This document shows, in pieces, positions 23,826 through 36,600 of a stretch of DNA of 64,000 bases; the stretch's first letter is position 1; every line of letters begins with the position of its first letter. The stretch is from Eledone cirrhosa (lineage: Eukaryota): NCBI GenBank assembly GCA_964016885.1, contig OZ024741.1, positions 86,490,001 to 86,554,000 of the forward strand. The letters are read 5' to 3'. The position numbers and the translations under genes were made by a program. Under the pieces are notes generated by a model that saw nothing but the letters and a program-made list of their open reading frames with translations, did no database searches and was not told where the DNA came from.

Positions 23826-26800
23826 TGTGGGTATGGTGTGGTGTGCGGTGGCCGGAAGCTGGGGAGTGCTCGACCGGAAGAGTGCTCGACTGGAAGAGTG
23901 CTCGACCGGAAGAGTGCTCGACCGGAAGGGCCAGCAGGTCGGCCTCTCTCTAGCGGTGATCAAACGTGGTGGACGCGAGTTTGGCAGCTCCCGGTGTTAA
24001 TAAGTTGGATCATACACACATGGAAGAGGAAAAACCAGCCATGGGATTTACCGGCGCCTATGAAAAGCAGTAAGTGAGATAGCTTTTTCTAACCACAAGC
24101 TATTTCGGCACTGGAAACTGAGATCTGATAGAAGAAAAAAAAAAATTTAAAAAAATAATAAACTTTCTCGAAAACAAAGCTACTGGAAAAACAGAGAGGA
24201 GTCTGTTGTTTTTTTTTTATTACTTAGCGCAATACAAATTAGGATGGCGATGAGACTACAAACGAGCAAAGCAATTAGGGCATTTTCCGGTGAAGGCGAT
24301 GTTGTCGCTTGGCTGCGAAAAGTCCGGCTGGTCGCAAGCTTACAGAAGTTTGAAGATGTGGTGGCACTGTACCTCGAGGGGGACGCGTTGGTTCGCTTCC
24401 TTGAAATGGATGAACACAGCCAAAGGGATGCGCAAAAGATCGAGAGGCACATGATGGAAGCGTTCGTGGAGGGACCATTAGCCGCTTTTGCTAAGCTGGC
24501 AAGAATTAGATGGAACGGTGAATGCGTTGACATTTTCGCAGCGGAAATACGGCGACTGGCCATGTTGGCTGGATATCAGGCGGAATGTGAATGCATGGTG
24601 CGGTTGGCGTTCATAAATGGATTTCCAGACGACATAGCGGTGAAACTGCAGCAAATCCCGGGTTACAAAGAAATGGAGATGCGTGCACTGGTGGAGCAAG
24701 CCCGCATCATGGCAGAAGATGCCAAGAAGAGTGTCGCGGCGATGGCAACTACAGAGGCCTAGGACAGTTGGCAGCAAAATGGTGAAAGGGAGGCAACCAC
24801 GGCACGCGGTCGCCCGCGAACGTTTAGAGGTCGCTGTTTTATGTGCCAGGGCCCGCACATGGCGAGAGACTGTAGAGAATCAAGGCCAGAAATAATATGC
24901 TACCGGTGTAAGCGACCAGGCCACATTGCTACTAACTGCGACCAGGGAAATGATCCAAGGGGAACTACTGCGCCGGTAGTTGCCCCTTACGAGTAGAGGC
25001 GCTGCCTGTGGTGGAAGTCTTCGTGAGGGGAAAGCCACAGCGAGCCCTCGTGGACACGGGCTGTACGACGACACTGGTGACCGCGGGAGTGGCGCAGAGG
25101 TGAAGAGGGAAGGGCAGCGTAAGGGCACGCGACGGTAGGAAAATTGAATGCAGCGAGGTGGAGATGGCGGTACGGAGAAGGAAAATAAGGCTTTCTGCCA
25201 TCGTAGTCGACAACGCGGTGGGTGGGATCGGCGTGGTTATGGGCATGGACGCAATTGGCCGTCTAGGAGGCGTCACAGTGAACAACGTCGGTGTGTTGTT
25301 TGGCGGCGCCGCATCGGTATGTGCGGTGAGTACGCGACAGGAGAACCAGAAGGCCCACGAGGAGAAATACCCCGCTGACACTGTGCAGGACAAAGACTTC
25401 AAGGCCGTGTTCGATGGGCAGCGATGGGTTGTTGAGTGGTATTGGAAGGGAGAACCACCAACACTGAAGACCAAAGTGGGCTGCTATCAACATACATTGA
25501 AGGGAGACATTAGGAGCGAATTCGAGTGAGAGGTAGAGAGATGGATTGAGGAGGGCATACTGCTTCCCTGGAAAGAGGAGGTGAAGTGCGGAGTATTGCC
25601 ATTAATGGCGGTGGCGCAATCCATGAAGAACAAGGTGAGGCCGGTACTGGACTTTCGGGAGCTGAACGAGCACGTGTCATGTCACACGGGTGGCGAGGTC
25701 ACGGATGTCTGTGGGGAAACCCTGCGTGAGTGGAGACGCATGGCGGGGGGGTTCCGCAATCGTAGATCTAAAGTCGGCATATTTGCAATTGCATATAGAT
25801 GAAAAGCTCTGGCAGTATCAGCTGGTCAGGTATAAGGGCCGAACATATTGCCTGACCAGGCTCAGTTTCGGGCTGAGCTCCGCACCGAAGATCATGGCGG
25901 CGGTCCTCAAGACCATTCTGGGAAAGGCCAACAAGATGAAGAGGGCCACTAATTGCTACATTGACGACATCCTAGTGGACGAGTCTGTAGTGTCGGAGGC
26001 AGAGGTCACGAGCCATTTACAGGGGTATGGACTGGCTGCGAAGCCGTCAGAAGCGTTGGAGGGAGGAGCTGCGCTGGGACTTAGGCTACGGCGAGACAGG
26101 ACGGGTGTCTTAGTATTCCAGAGGGGAAATGAAGTTCCAGAACTGGGCCTAAGTATGAGTAGGCGGGACTTTTCTCGGGGTGTAGAAAGTTAGTGGGTCA
26201 CTACCCAATTGCTGGGTGGCTCTGGACGGTATGCAGCTATGTCAAGAGACGAGCGAGAGGAGTGACTTGGAGTGACAGAGTGGGAGAGAGGACGGTGGCC
26301 ATGATACAGGAGATCGTATCATGCCAGCAGCATAGCGCCGGGTGTCACGTTGGAGATAGGAGGTGCTGAGGTCGAGGATGCAGCCTGGCTTAGGAAGGAC
26401 GACTGCAACCCCATCAATGTGGCCGAGCTGGACGTGGTGTTGAGAGGGGTGAACCTCGCCCTGAGGTGGGGACTGCGCACCATCGAGATAAGCACGGACT
26501 CGGCTACTGTACTCGGATGGGTGAGATCAGTGCTCACCAGTGAGAAGAGAGTGCGAACGAGAGGGGCGGCTGAGATGCTGATAAAGCGCCGCCTGGGAAC
26601 TTTAGGAGAGCTGGCCACCGAGTTTGACCTGAGGCTGAGCGTAGTTTTCGTGCCCTCAGAGAAAAATAGGGTGGACGTCTTAACCAGGGTGAAGAAAGCC
26701 TGGATGGAAGCGCCGGAGGAGGTAGAGGAGGAGATAGCTGCCGTGTGTCGGCTGACCGAGTCGGATCTGAAAGGGTTGCATGACATGCACCACATGGGAG

Positions 26801-27954
26801 TGGATAGGACTCTGATCCTAGCCAGGAGAATCGACTCGGACGTTGACATGCACAGTATTCAAAGAGTGGTTAGAGGCTGCGTCCGATGTCAGTCCATTGA
26901 TCCCGCCCGGGTGTGCACGAAACGGGAAGCCTCTCGGTGGATCGCGACTGGAAGCGATTGGTGGTGGATGTAACACACTACCGACAGGGAACGTACCTCT
27001 CGATGGTCGACTGTGGACCGGGACGGATAGCGATATGGAGGGAGATGAAGAATGGAACGGCCGAGGAAATCATGCGGACGTTGAGAGAGGTGTTCTTGGA
27101 GCAGGGACCTGTGGACGAACTGCTGATGGACAACAGTGCAGCATTCCGCTCGGAGGCGCTTAGGGAGATGCTCGATGGATGGAAGGTGGACCGTTTCTTC
27201 AGAGCCAGCGTACAGGCCGAGTGGAAATGGAATTGTGGTGCGACACCACCGGACGATCAAAGCAATGGCAAAGCGGGGCCACATCTCACCAATGGAGGCA
27301 GTGTTCTGGTACAACATGTCCCCTCGGGTGGGACAGGTTGAGGAATCGGTGCCACACAGAGCAGTATTCAGATACGAGTGGCGGCACCCGTGCACACCAC
27401 CACAGCGGCCAGTGGGGAGAGAGAATGCATTCGTGCAGGTGGGCAAAGAAGTCTGGGTTAAGCCCCCAGATGCACATTGCACATCTCAATGGGGAAGGGG
27501 AACGGTGACGGCCGTAAATTCCCAGAACAATGTGTCCGTGGACGGGGTACCACCTCATGTCCTGGACGTCCGTAGAATTACTGTGTCAACGGACTCCGAG
27601 GAAGAGGAAACCCAAAGTGCCGCCCCAACACTGCGGAGATCACAAAGAAGTCGCAAACCACCAACCTGGACAGCAGACTTTCATATGCAGAAGGACGAGG
27701 GGGAAATTGATCCTTGAGATCAGGGCGGCGTGTGGGTATGGTGTGGTGTGCGGTGGCCGGAAGCTGGGGAGTGTTCGACCGGAAGGGCCAGCAGGTCGGC
27801 CTCTCTCTAGCGGTGATCAAATGTGGTGGACGCAAGTTTGGCAGCTCCCGGTGTTAATAAGTTGGATCGTACGCATGTGGAAGAGGAGAAACCAACCATG
27901 GGATTTAGCGGCGCCTATGAAAAGCGGTAAGTGAGATAGCTTTTTCTAACCACA
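23826..27954 (+). mobile_element. Gypsy/Ty3-type LTR retrotransposon, complete but frameshifted
   Basis: LTRs 23826-24097 and 27731-27954 (TGTGG...CCACA), 5-bp TSD AGAAC. Gag with two CCHC knuckles, protease LVDTGC, RT YIDD, RNase H, then integrase (HHCC; VDVTH, DNSAAF) in Gypsy order. Confidence 0.95.
24945..24988 (+). promoter_or_regulatory. -1 ribosomal frameshift signal (gag-pol)
   Basis: In-phase slippery heptamer G GGA AAT followed after a short spacer by stem-loop AAGGGGAACTAC-tgcgccg-GTAGTTGCCCCTT. The -1 frame leads into the protease. Confidence 0.75.
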
Positions 27955-29249
27955 AGAACAATACCTTAACATCAGTATGAGCAGCCAGTTACAGACCGGT
28001 TTGAACAGAAAGAGGTGAGAGAATTCTGACTTGATACAGCTGGTTTAAATGCTGAAGGGTTAAACTGTATGAATATATCATTTACTGATGGAACTCTCTT
28101 TGATCTACACTTTATCAATTTGGAGATGTTGCAGTGTTCAGTTTTGTCCTTTACATCTTCATATATTAACAACCTATGAGCCGTCTTTTCCACTAACACC
28201 ATTTCTATGTATATGATATCACCCTTCATTTCTCCTTAATCTTCTTTACCCATTTATTCCTGAGAGGTTCGTGGAGGTAGAGTCCTGAAATACTCCTTCC
28301 AGCGGGTTCTGTCAGAAGCAACCGTCTCCAACTGATCAGACTGGATCCCCAAGTGAGACCAGTCAAGCTCATGGATGTTATCCAACACTCTTGCTCGGGG
28401 TCTACTCCTGGGTCTCCTGCCGGTTGGTTTTGCCTGTAAAATCTGTCCAGCAATTCATTCCTGAGACATTCTAACCACATGCCCATAGTATCAGAGCTGT
28501 GATCACTCAATTCAGAGAAGTAGTGGCTTTAACTGGAGTGACTATCTGACCTCCGAGCTATGCACTATCAAGTAACGTTACTCAAAAGATGCTTTGGAGG
28601 AACCCCATTTTGGCCGCTTATATTCTTTTGATCATTATCCTAGATACATTACTATAGGCGAGGGTTGGTATGACTACCGAATTGAAGAAAGCGAGTTTGA
28701 CTTTTACACCTACCTCCCTTCTACAGATTACCAAGTGCTGAAGCTGACGCATTACTGCACCAGCACCTGCAATTCTTGCACTTAATTCAGCTTCCTGCCT
28801 TCCATCACTCGAGATACTTGAACTTCTTCACCTGCTTCAGTGGAATTTCATTCACATATAAAACGCATTGCACAGGCATCCTTGAGAGAACAAGTGTTTC
28901 AGTTTTTGCAGCACTGATTTTCATTCCAGCCATGCAGCACTCAGCATCAAACCTATCAAGTGCAAGTCATAGATCACTTTCTGTGGAGATAAGTAACACC
29001 ATGTCGTCTGAAATTCCAACCGACTGATTTTACACCTGCCAGTCTTGATACCACTTCCAACCCGTCTGTGCATGTCAATCCTGTTCATGAAAATAATGAA
29101 CAGAAGAGGTGACAGTACACACCCTTGGTGAAGTCTGACTCCCACATTGAATGGTTTTGATTTAGCACCAATCCTCCGAACACAAATACTCAGGCATTTG
29201 TATAAGAGACATTTGGGCAACAAGAAGCTGACCATCGATCCCATAATCT

Positions 29250-30190
29250 TCTACACTCGAATGTCACCTGAACAAACAACCTAGACACCTCATGCCAAAT
29301 CTGTTAGTCTCCATGAACAAACACTTCAAAAACATCCATCAATGGAGACAAGACAATTTTGTCTCTTTCAACAGATTAAAGAAAATCAGTGCATACTTCA
29401 AGAAAATAGTATTGCACACAGGCCAATCACCAGACTTTGGTGCTGGACGTGGGGGAGCTTTTAGGACATTTTGGGTGGGCATTCTAATTTGCAATAATTC
29501 TAAAGTGTAGTTTCAGAATAAGCATATCTCATACCACTGAATAGTAGAAGGGCAATGCCATCCAATGACCACCACCTTTGGCAACAGGTCCGATTGTACT
29601 CCCTCAAAACATGAATAGCACACAACTAAAACCCTCATAATCATCACAAATGCTTAGCTTCATCATCACTGAGGATCTCTCTTCACCATAGCAAAGATTA
29701 ACCTTTTCTCTTAGGGGCCAGAAAATACTTCAGTCCCAACAATAACTAATCTTCTACAAATCTTAGGTGAGATCCACATCTGGGTCAGTGCTAATGCTTC
29801 ACACATAAGCATCCTATACTGCATTCAAAGAAAAGCCACTCAACTGATTGGCATGGAATTGCTCACAAAACACTCCACCTTCTGGTCCTGACATGATATC
29901 TTCTCTTTTCACTTTTTCTACTACTACAATGACCTCTGCTCTTTGGAGTGAGCTAGCCTTATGCTATCTTCAATCAGACACTCTTTAATCACTCATCTTG
30001 CCTCTTCCTTGGCTCAGGGCAATTATACCCAGTTCTTCCTCCCCAAAATGTATGGCCATCTCCCTGCACATGTCAGTTTACAGCAGTTTAAACAAAACAT
30101 TAATAGCATTAACCTCACATGTCTCAGAGGGTCTGTAAAGGCCATGAGTGCAGCTCCTTCTTCCAGACCAAACAAGTTAAAAATAAAAAT
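29250..30190 (+). mobile_element. Degraded CR1/L2/jockey-like LINE 3' remnant
   Basis: Decayed C-terminal RT-like coding (IQRKA-like), 3' A-rich end; no intact frame. Confidence 0.45.
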
Positions 30191-30526
30191 AAATAGAAAT
30201 TGCTCATAATAGTGAGAAATGGGGAGGGTGAGAGAGATGGAGGTGATGATAGTGGGAGTTCAGCTGTATGTGTATATGTATGCTTACAATAGAATTGTTC
30301 CAGGAGGCCAATTAGAGGTATCAAATTTCATATGCCCAAGCTTAATAATGATAGATCTTGCTGCATGAAATGAGAATCCGTGTTGGTATCTATATTTTAA
30401 GGCAGAGGTTCTCAAAGTGGGCGTTGCTGCCCCTTCCTCCCGGCCTTGAGAAGGTCCAGGGGGGGCGCTGGGGCCTAGTGGGGCAGGAGAGATGGTATAA
30501 AAGTATATTAAATATCAAATGATACA

Positions 30527-31386
30527 TCTCTATATATATAAAATTATTTGTCTCTCTGTCTATCTTCCTTATGCATTCTCAAACGGCTTGATCAAATCAA
30601 ATTTTGCCCCGGGATTAACAACATGTAATTTTTATTTTCATTTGGATTAAAACAATATAACATTTCATCTAAAATATTCTACTATAGACTATAAGTAAAC
30701 ATTTTTTAATACGACGATGACGTCACATTTTGTATATGAGTGTGTATGTGTGTGTGTTTGCATGTTCGTTACATACGTTAGGCCTTAGTAAGTTACATAC
30801 ATGTGTCTGTGAGTGTGTTTGCGTGTTCATTACGTACGTTAGGCCTTAGTAAGTTACATACACATACATTTTCACGTAAATATTTAATCAGATACACAGA
30901 GAATTAAACACACACACACATCTACACATACATATACATATGTGATGACTGACAAATATGTGTGTGAGTGTTCGTGAGGTTGAATTTAAGAGGCTTCAGT
31001 TACCAGTCAAACTAAGTTTTGTTATTTCAATTAACAAATCTCAGGATCAATCCCTCAAGGTAGTTGGACTTGATCTCTCTATTACATATTTCTCCCACGG
31101 TCAGCTCTATGTTGGTTGCTCATGAGTTGGAAGCAGCAACAATTTATTCATTTGGACACCAACAAAAAATTACACAATGAATATTGTTTACTGTGAGGTG
31201 CTTCAAGATTGACAGATTTTCATTTCTAAATTCTATTATCATTACAATTTTGATATTTCTTTTTATAAAATGTAGATATGTTGAAATAATTATGAGGAAA
31301 AAAATATATATCTCCATATTTATTGTTTGTTGACTAATCTGAATAAATAGAGCAGTAACTCGGGCAATACCAGGTCATTCAGCTAG
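30527..31386 (+). mobile_element. Non-autonomous Helitron with Pif1-helicase C-terminal remnant
   Basis: A|TC start; 3' GC hairpin then CTAG|T. 30980-31212 reads FKRLQLPVKLSFVISINKSQDQSLKVVGLDL...FSHGQLYVGCS*VG...NIVYCEVL. Confidence 0.9.
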
Positions 31387-31451
31387 TATTTTATATAAAT
31401 ATAGTAAAATAAAAAATATATATTTATTTATACATAGTATATATTTTATTA

Positions 31452-33793
31452 GGCATACATGACTTTTAGCGGTCGCAATAATGAAAGTAAATTTATTTTC
31501 ATTTTCGAACATCGTGTTTACATTTTGTGTGTGTGTTTAAACGAAACATGCTGGTGACGAAGCTTCTTCTTTGCACGGCTCCATGTGTTCTCTATGAGCT
31601 GTGTGTGCACATCAGGGTCCGCAGGATCTACAAAGTTCCGTTCATGCACCACAACATCATGAACGTAAATCCCACCTTCAATTTCCTCAATTTCCGAATA
31701 GGAAGCCCAACCATCGGAGATGATGCGGCTGCCTGGCAAAATCCCTGCTGAATGATGGGGACGAGAGTGTCACAGCTTCGATTTGAGACTTCTACAAGGC
31801 AGCAGCATCCAGAATGGCGGACTCACCATTCTGCAAGCCTCATTACAAGATTACTTCGGTATTGAGTACTCTTCTCTCAACCGTCAACTACACACACACA
31901 TATCTAATATATATTTGTGAAATGGGCGGTGGTTGAAATTCAGATGTGCACGGTTAAATGGTAGTAGACGTGGTCGGACGGACATGAAAATTTACACACC
32001 TATGTAAAAAGTGCCAAGGAAACAAATAGACGAGGGTTCAAATCTCTAACTTGAAAAATGTGGTCCCTGGGGCCCCAAAACTATCGCGTTCGGTGAGTTA
32101 TTTCCCCCTGTTCTAATACTTTTATCTAAAAAAAACATATCAAAGACAACGTTATTTCGCTGTTAATAAACTTTTGGCTACTACAGTACGTTTCATTTTC
32201 ATTTTTAAAATACAATTGCTCTATATTAAATTTAAATAATCCTATAACGATCATACAGTACTGTTTTATGAAATCGATTCTGCAGTATAATTTTACGAAA
32301 TGCCAAAACGAAAAAGGTAACTGTTTTCTAACAAAAGAAATAAAACCCTTACATTGCGAACCCCGTTCTAATACTGGGGTTAGTTATTCCCCCCCCCCCT
32401 CTAATAAATATCTAATATATAGAGGCCCCTCTTGCTGACCAGGGCAATCAAAGTGGAAACTACCATACAGTACCGTTTTATGAAATCAATTCTGCAGTAC
32501 CATTTTACGAAATGCCAAACCGAAAACAGTCACTGTTTTCCATCAAAAGAAATAAAACCCTTAAATTGCGAAGAAGGGAGTCATGTTCTCAAGTACGTTT
32601 TTTCAGATATCATTTTCATTTTATTTCTAATACATGTTAACCACCACTAACAGTAAGTAGTATTTTTCAGTTCATTGTCTTATTTAAAATAACATATCAA
32701 AGACAACGTTATTTCGCTGTTAATAAACTTTTGGCTACTACAAGCTTCCATGGTTACGGAGAAAATCGATGAAACAGGAATTTCCCATTCAAATTGAACT
32801 GAGAGTAATCTGTGAACGCAGAAGTAAATATTTCGAGAAACGTTACAACCGAACGAAAACAGGAAGACGATATTTTGGTTCGTGAAGACGTTCCCTGGCA
32901 ATAAACGGGAAAAAAGCGAGGATAATACATCGTTATGTGGACCGTAAAGAACAATTTCATGCAAAGACAAGACCAAGTTTATGGTATAAATGGAGTCGTT
33001 AGACTAATATTCTATTTAAAATAACAGAATGATTTCCAACCTCGGAGTTTAAGAATGATGTAAATAAAATTGAAAACGAAAATGACGGAGGTTATTAAAA
33101 TAGTAAAAGTAAATAGTGAAGATTTAGGCCAGTACATTACATACGTATGCCCCGACGGACATACACATACATACGCACACACACACACACACACGAACGC
33201 ACGCGCGTATGTATAAACCTTATGCATTTCTACAGTATTTTCACCAAACTTAAGACACAGGTTACTTATGTACTCCGGATGGTCATGGGCACAGTCATTT
33301 TTCCAGATATTGATTATAGGGCCCCCCGGCAGATAACCCCTTTAACCACTTCCTTGGAGTCGACTGAAGCACTGCAGTGCAATGCAACAAAACGTCATAA
33401 CTTCTGGAGTTCGCAACCGATTTTCACAAAACTTGACACATGGGCTACGTTTGTCCTACAGATGAATGTGAACTTTCAAACTGTCCGAATTGGCACATAT
33501 TGAGTAGGGGACCCCTGGGGGAAGGAACCCCTTTTGGAAAAAGCAGATGATTTTGTAAAAGTATAGTTTTCGAAGCAGCACTGAAGTATTGACATAAATG
33601 GTATACACAACTGCTATTTAATATCCGAGAAACGCCGGGTTCCTCTGCTAGTATATATATATATAATCAGTTAAAACGACAGAGGCTCTGATTTTGTCTT
33701 TAATCTCAGTAACTAATTTAGATCTAAACACGACGTTCGAAAATGAAAATAAATTTACTTTCAATTTTCAGACCGTTAAAAGTCATGTATGCC
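31452..33793 (-). mobile_element. Merlin (IS1016/IS1595-related) DNA transposon, defective
   Basis: ~65 bp TIRs beginning GGCATACATGACTTTTA, 8-bp TSD TTTTATTA. Transposase remnant at 31518-31810: IISDGWASY...VHERNFVDP...VHTQLIENTWSRAK. Confidence 0.9.
31903..33651 (+). mobile_element. Non-autonomous Helitron(s) nested in the Merlin element
   Basis: A|TCTAATATATA starts at 31903 and 32411; 3' end ccgagaaacgccggg...CTAG|T at 33651; internal duplicated blocks. Confidence 0.75.
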
Positions 33794-34331
33794 TTTTATT
33801 ATATATAAATTAACGATTTTATTTATTATAATTGTTTTACAATTTGTGTGTAGGCAGGTCTCTCTGGAAGCAAGGTTGGGGTGAGATGGGGGGGGGGGGG
33901 TATTACGTGGCGTTAATTATTTCTGTTGGCAGACTAAAATTAGTGAGGGACTGCACGTTTGGAGAGGCGATGAGCGCCGGGACAAAGTCGACTACGTAAC
34001 TAAATACCACAGACCATTTTATAAATAAATAAATAATAATAATAATTGTTTCTAAATTAATTGGGATAAATTTCGTAAAATTAAGCAAACTTGTTATGCC
34101 TGAGAAGTGAATACCAATGTTTCGGTGTAGGCCTTTTCACCTAATTTCCAAATCAAAGAAGGCTCAGCACACGAACCTTTTTACAAAATTTATTAATTGA
34201 TATTTACTGACCCAAACCATCTCTAGTTGTCTTCAGACTCTAATGTTTTTCTTAATTGGAATAAAATATTTGACATGATTAATAAAGCAAATAAAATAAA
34301 AGTACCAAATTAAAAAAAATGTAATACTTAC

Positions 34332-34657
34332 TTTTTATTGCGCACATCCCGCAGACTCCTGTCCAAAGCAATAGCATCACTTGCAATTAGATTAAAAGCT
34401 TCTTTAGCAAAAACTTTGTCTTGTTCAGCCTTACTGATTTGTAATATAACACGGTCTCCTTGTTCTCCCGGGCCTTTTCGATACGGCTCAGCTTTCTGAT
34501 AAGTTTCATACCGCTCTTTTCGGTATCTCAATATCTCTTCCTCATTATTTTTATTTGGTATGAAAAACTTCATATAAATGTAAACAAAAAGCAAAACGAA
34601 GGTAAAAGTTGACCATAACCTAACGTTAATTCTCCTTTTTAACCAAACCCGAAACAT
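34332..34657 (-). CDS. GALNT: GALNT first coding exon (type II TM anchor and stem)
   Basis: ATG at 34657; short basic tail, TM segment LWSTFTFVLLFVYIYM, then GPGEQG...FNLIASDAIALDRSLRDVR. GTAAGT donor at 34331, phase 2 matching exon 2. Confidence 0.95.
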
Positions 34658-36279
34658 TACTTAATAAAAGAACAAACAAGTAAATAAGTTTGATATGAAA
34701 TCAGTAGATGTTGACAATTGGCGAGTGATAACTTTAGTAATTAGTTTCAACTAATCGTTCATTTGTTGATGTTGCTGTTATTGTTTTCTTTACTTGTGGA
34801 TTAACTTGGATTACTTAAAGTTGTTCACGGATACGATAATATAAACACAAACGTATATATGTCTGCGTTAGTATGCATATATGTGTGGGTGTGTATGTTT
34901 TGATTGAAAAATCAATAAACATTTACCACGTTAACAAAATATTGACGTAGCCCTACAAATAAATGTTCGGCATTCAGCGGATTTTACGGAAATTGACGAA
35001 AATCTTATGATTAACGACTAGCATTCTACGTGAAATCATCTTTAGTTACCAACTCAATTTCCTATATCAGTCGAAGCTCTTTCTATATCTTTCTACCACT
35101 TAATGGGGGATAATTAATTTATTTTATATTCTGTTGCATTTCATTTTTATAATTATTTTCGCATGAATATCATAACATATCTATTAAAAACGTCAATAGG
35201 AGCCTTTTGATCTATATGTTGCAATATCATAAGGATGTAACCCCACTTTCTAAATTCAGGCATCCATAGCCGAACGAATAGACTTCCGAAATACCATGAT
35301 TTATCAGTAAACTACATTTTCCAGCTTGTGGCTTTCGAGATGTTTAAGGGAGCAGGGTTGCTGACAACGAGGTTTTGTCATTGCTGGTAGTTCCTTTTGA
35401 TGAAGTATCAGTTGATGCTGGTAAGGATGCTTGAATATTCTAGCATCTTACCCTTGCTATCACCCGGCTTTACTGAAGTATCAGGTGATGATCGCTATTC
35501 CTGTACCTTTGTTTAGCTACCACTCATGATAATGCTATGAGCGTTTTGACTTGCCTCAAACACTTTTAGAGGGAAACTAACATTCTCTGCTGTGATGCGT
35601 AATTGAATGTGCATGGCCTCTTGTCGTTTTTATTTATTTATTTCGCAAATCACGTTTATTATATAAATAATGTCTATTTATACATAACATTTTCACCCAC
35701 ACAGGACCTTGGGACGCAGCATGGCCGAATGTTTAAGAAGTTTGCTTCACAATCATTTATGATGTGGGTCCGATCCCAGTACATGGCATCTCGGGCATCA
35801 TTTATCAAAGCGTTGAGTTGATCCATGCCTTTTGAGTGAAACTGAATAGATGGAAAGTATTTGGAAGTCTGTCGAATGGACGGTACCTTAATTATGTTAG
35901 GGGTACATGTGTCTGGAATGTTATGGTAAAGGTCAGGGCCACTGCATCTGTAACTGAACGAAACAAAGTTTTAAAATAGTAAGAAGTATCAGCAAATTAT
36001 TTTTTCCAGCCAATGGTGTTCAAGTCGGGGTACTGGTCCGCTGACAAAATAAGTTCTTGTTCCCGTTGGTAACTTACCTTACTGTTGTATAAAGTGATGC
36101 CCTCAAGAGTGCACTGGTTATTCCAGTGCCTCAGCCACGCTATCATCCGTGTGTTAGCTTGCCTCAAAATTGATTAGAGGCTCCAGAACCCCGTGTGACA
36201 TATGATTGAGTGCACAGATCTTCCTCCCCTTTTTTCTTGTTTCATTATCTTCCCCTTTTCCTCTTCTTTTTTAGTACTT

Positions 36280-36311
<32 letters not shown>

Positions 36312-36600
36312 TATATTCGATATGTCTCATATGAAATAATACAGCCAATTTTCCACGCAATACTTTTAGTTAGCGCCCCGAACGCATAATTGGGAATATA
36401 ATCACTTATTTCCTAATGTTTGTTGAGTGAGTTGGAATTTGGCCGGAGTATCGCTAAAAAGCTTTCTCCGATATTGTATTTATTTATTTTTATTATATAT
36501 ATATATATATATATAGTGCAAATTTATACGGGAACAAAACAGAGAGGCAGACAAATAAAGGTTTATTAGGTTCACGCTTTTGAGAGTGGGGGGGGGGGGG

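Larger units (their letters stand above)
22556..28059. mobile_element. piggyBac-type MITE split by RTE and LTR insertions
   Basis: Pieces 22556-22638, 23783-23825 and 27960-28059 join into the same MITE as 8103-8322, flanked by TTAA. Confidence 0.85.

Noticed and set aside
23864-23928. CRISPR-like short repeats
   Set aside because: Head-to-tail 16-mers with no spacers, inside an LTR; eukaryotic context and no cas genes.
30404-30480. hAT transposon starting CAGAGGTTCTCAAAGTGGG
   Set aside because: It resembles a hAT/Charlie terminus, but I could not find the matching other end or a TSD.
31518-31739. Bacterial IS1595 contamination
   Set aside because: It sits within eukaryotic Merlin TIRs and TSD, inside a GALNT intron.
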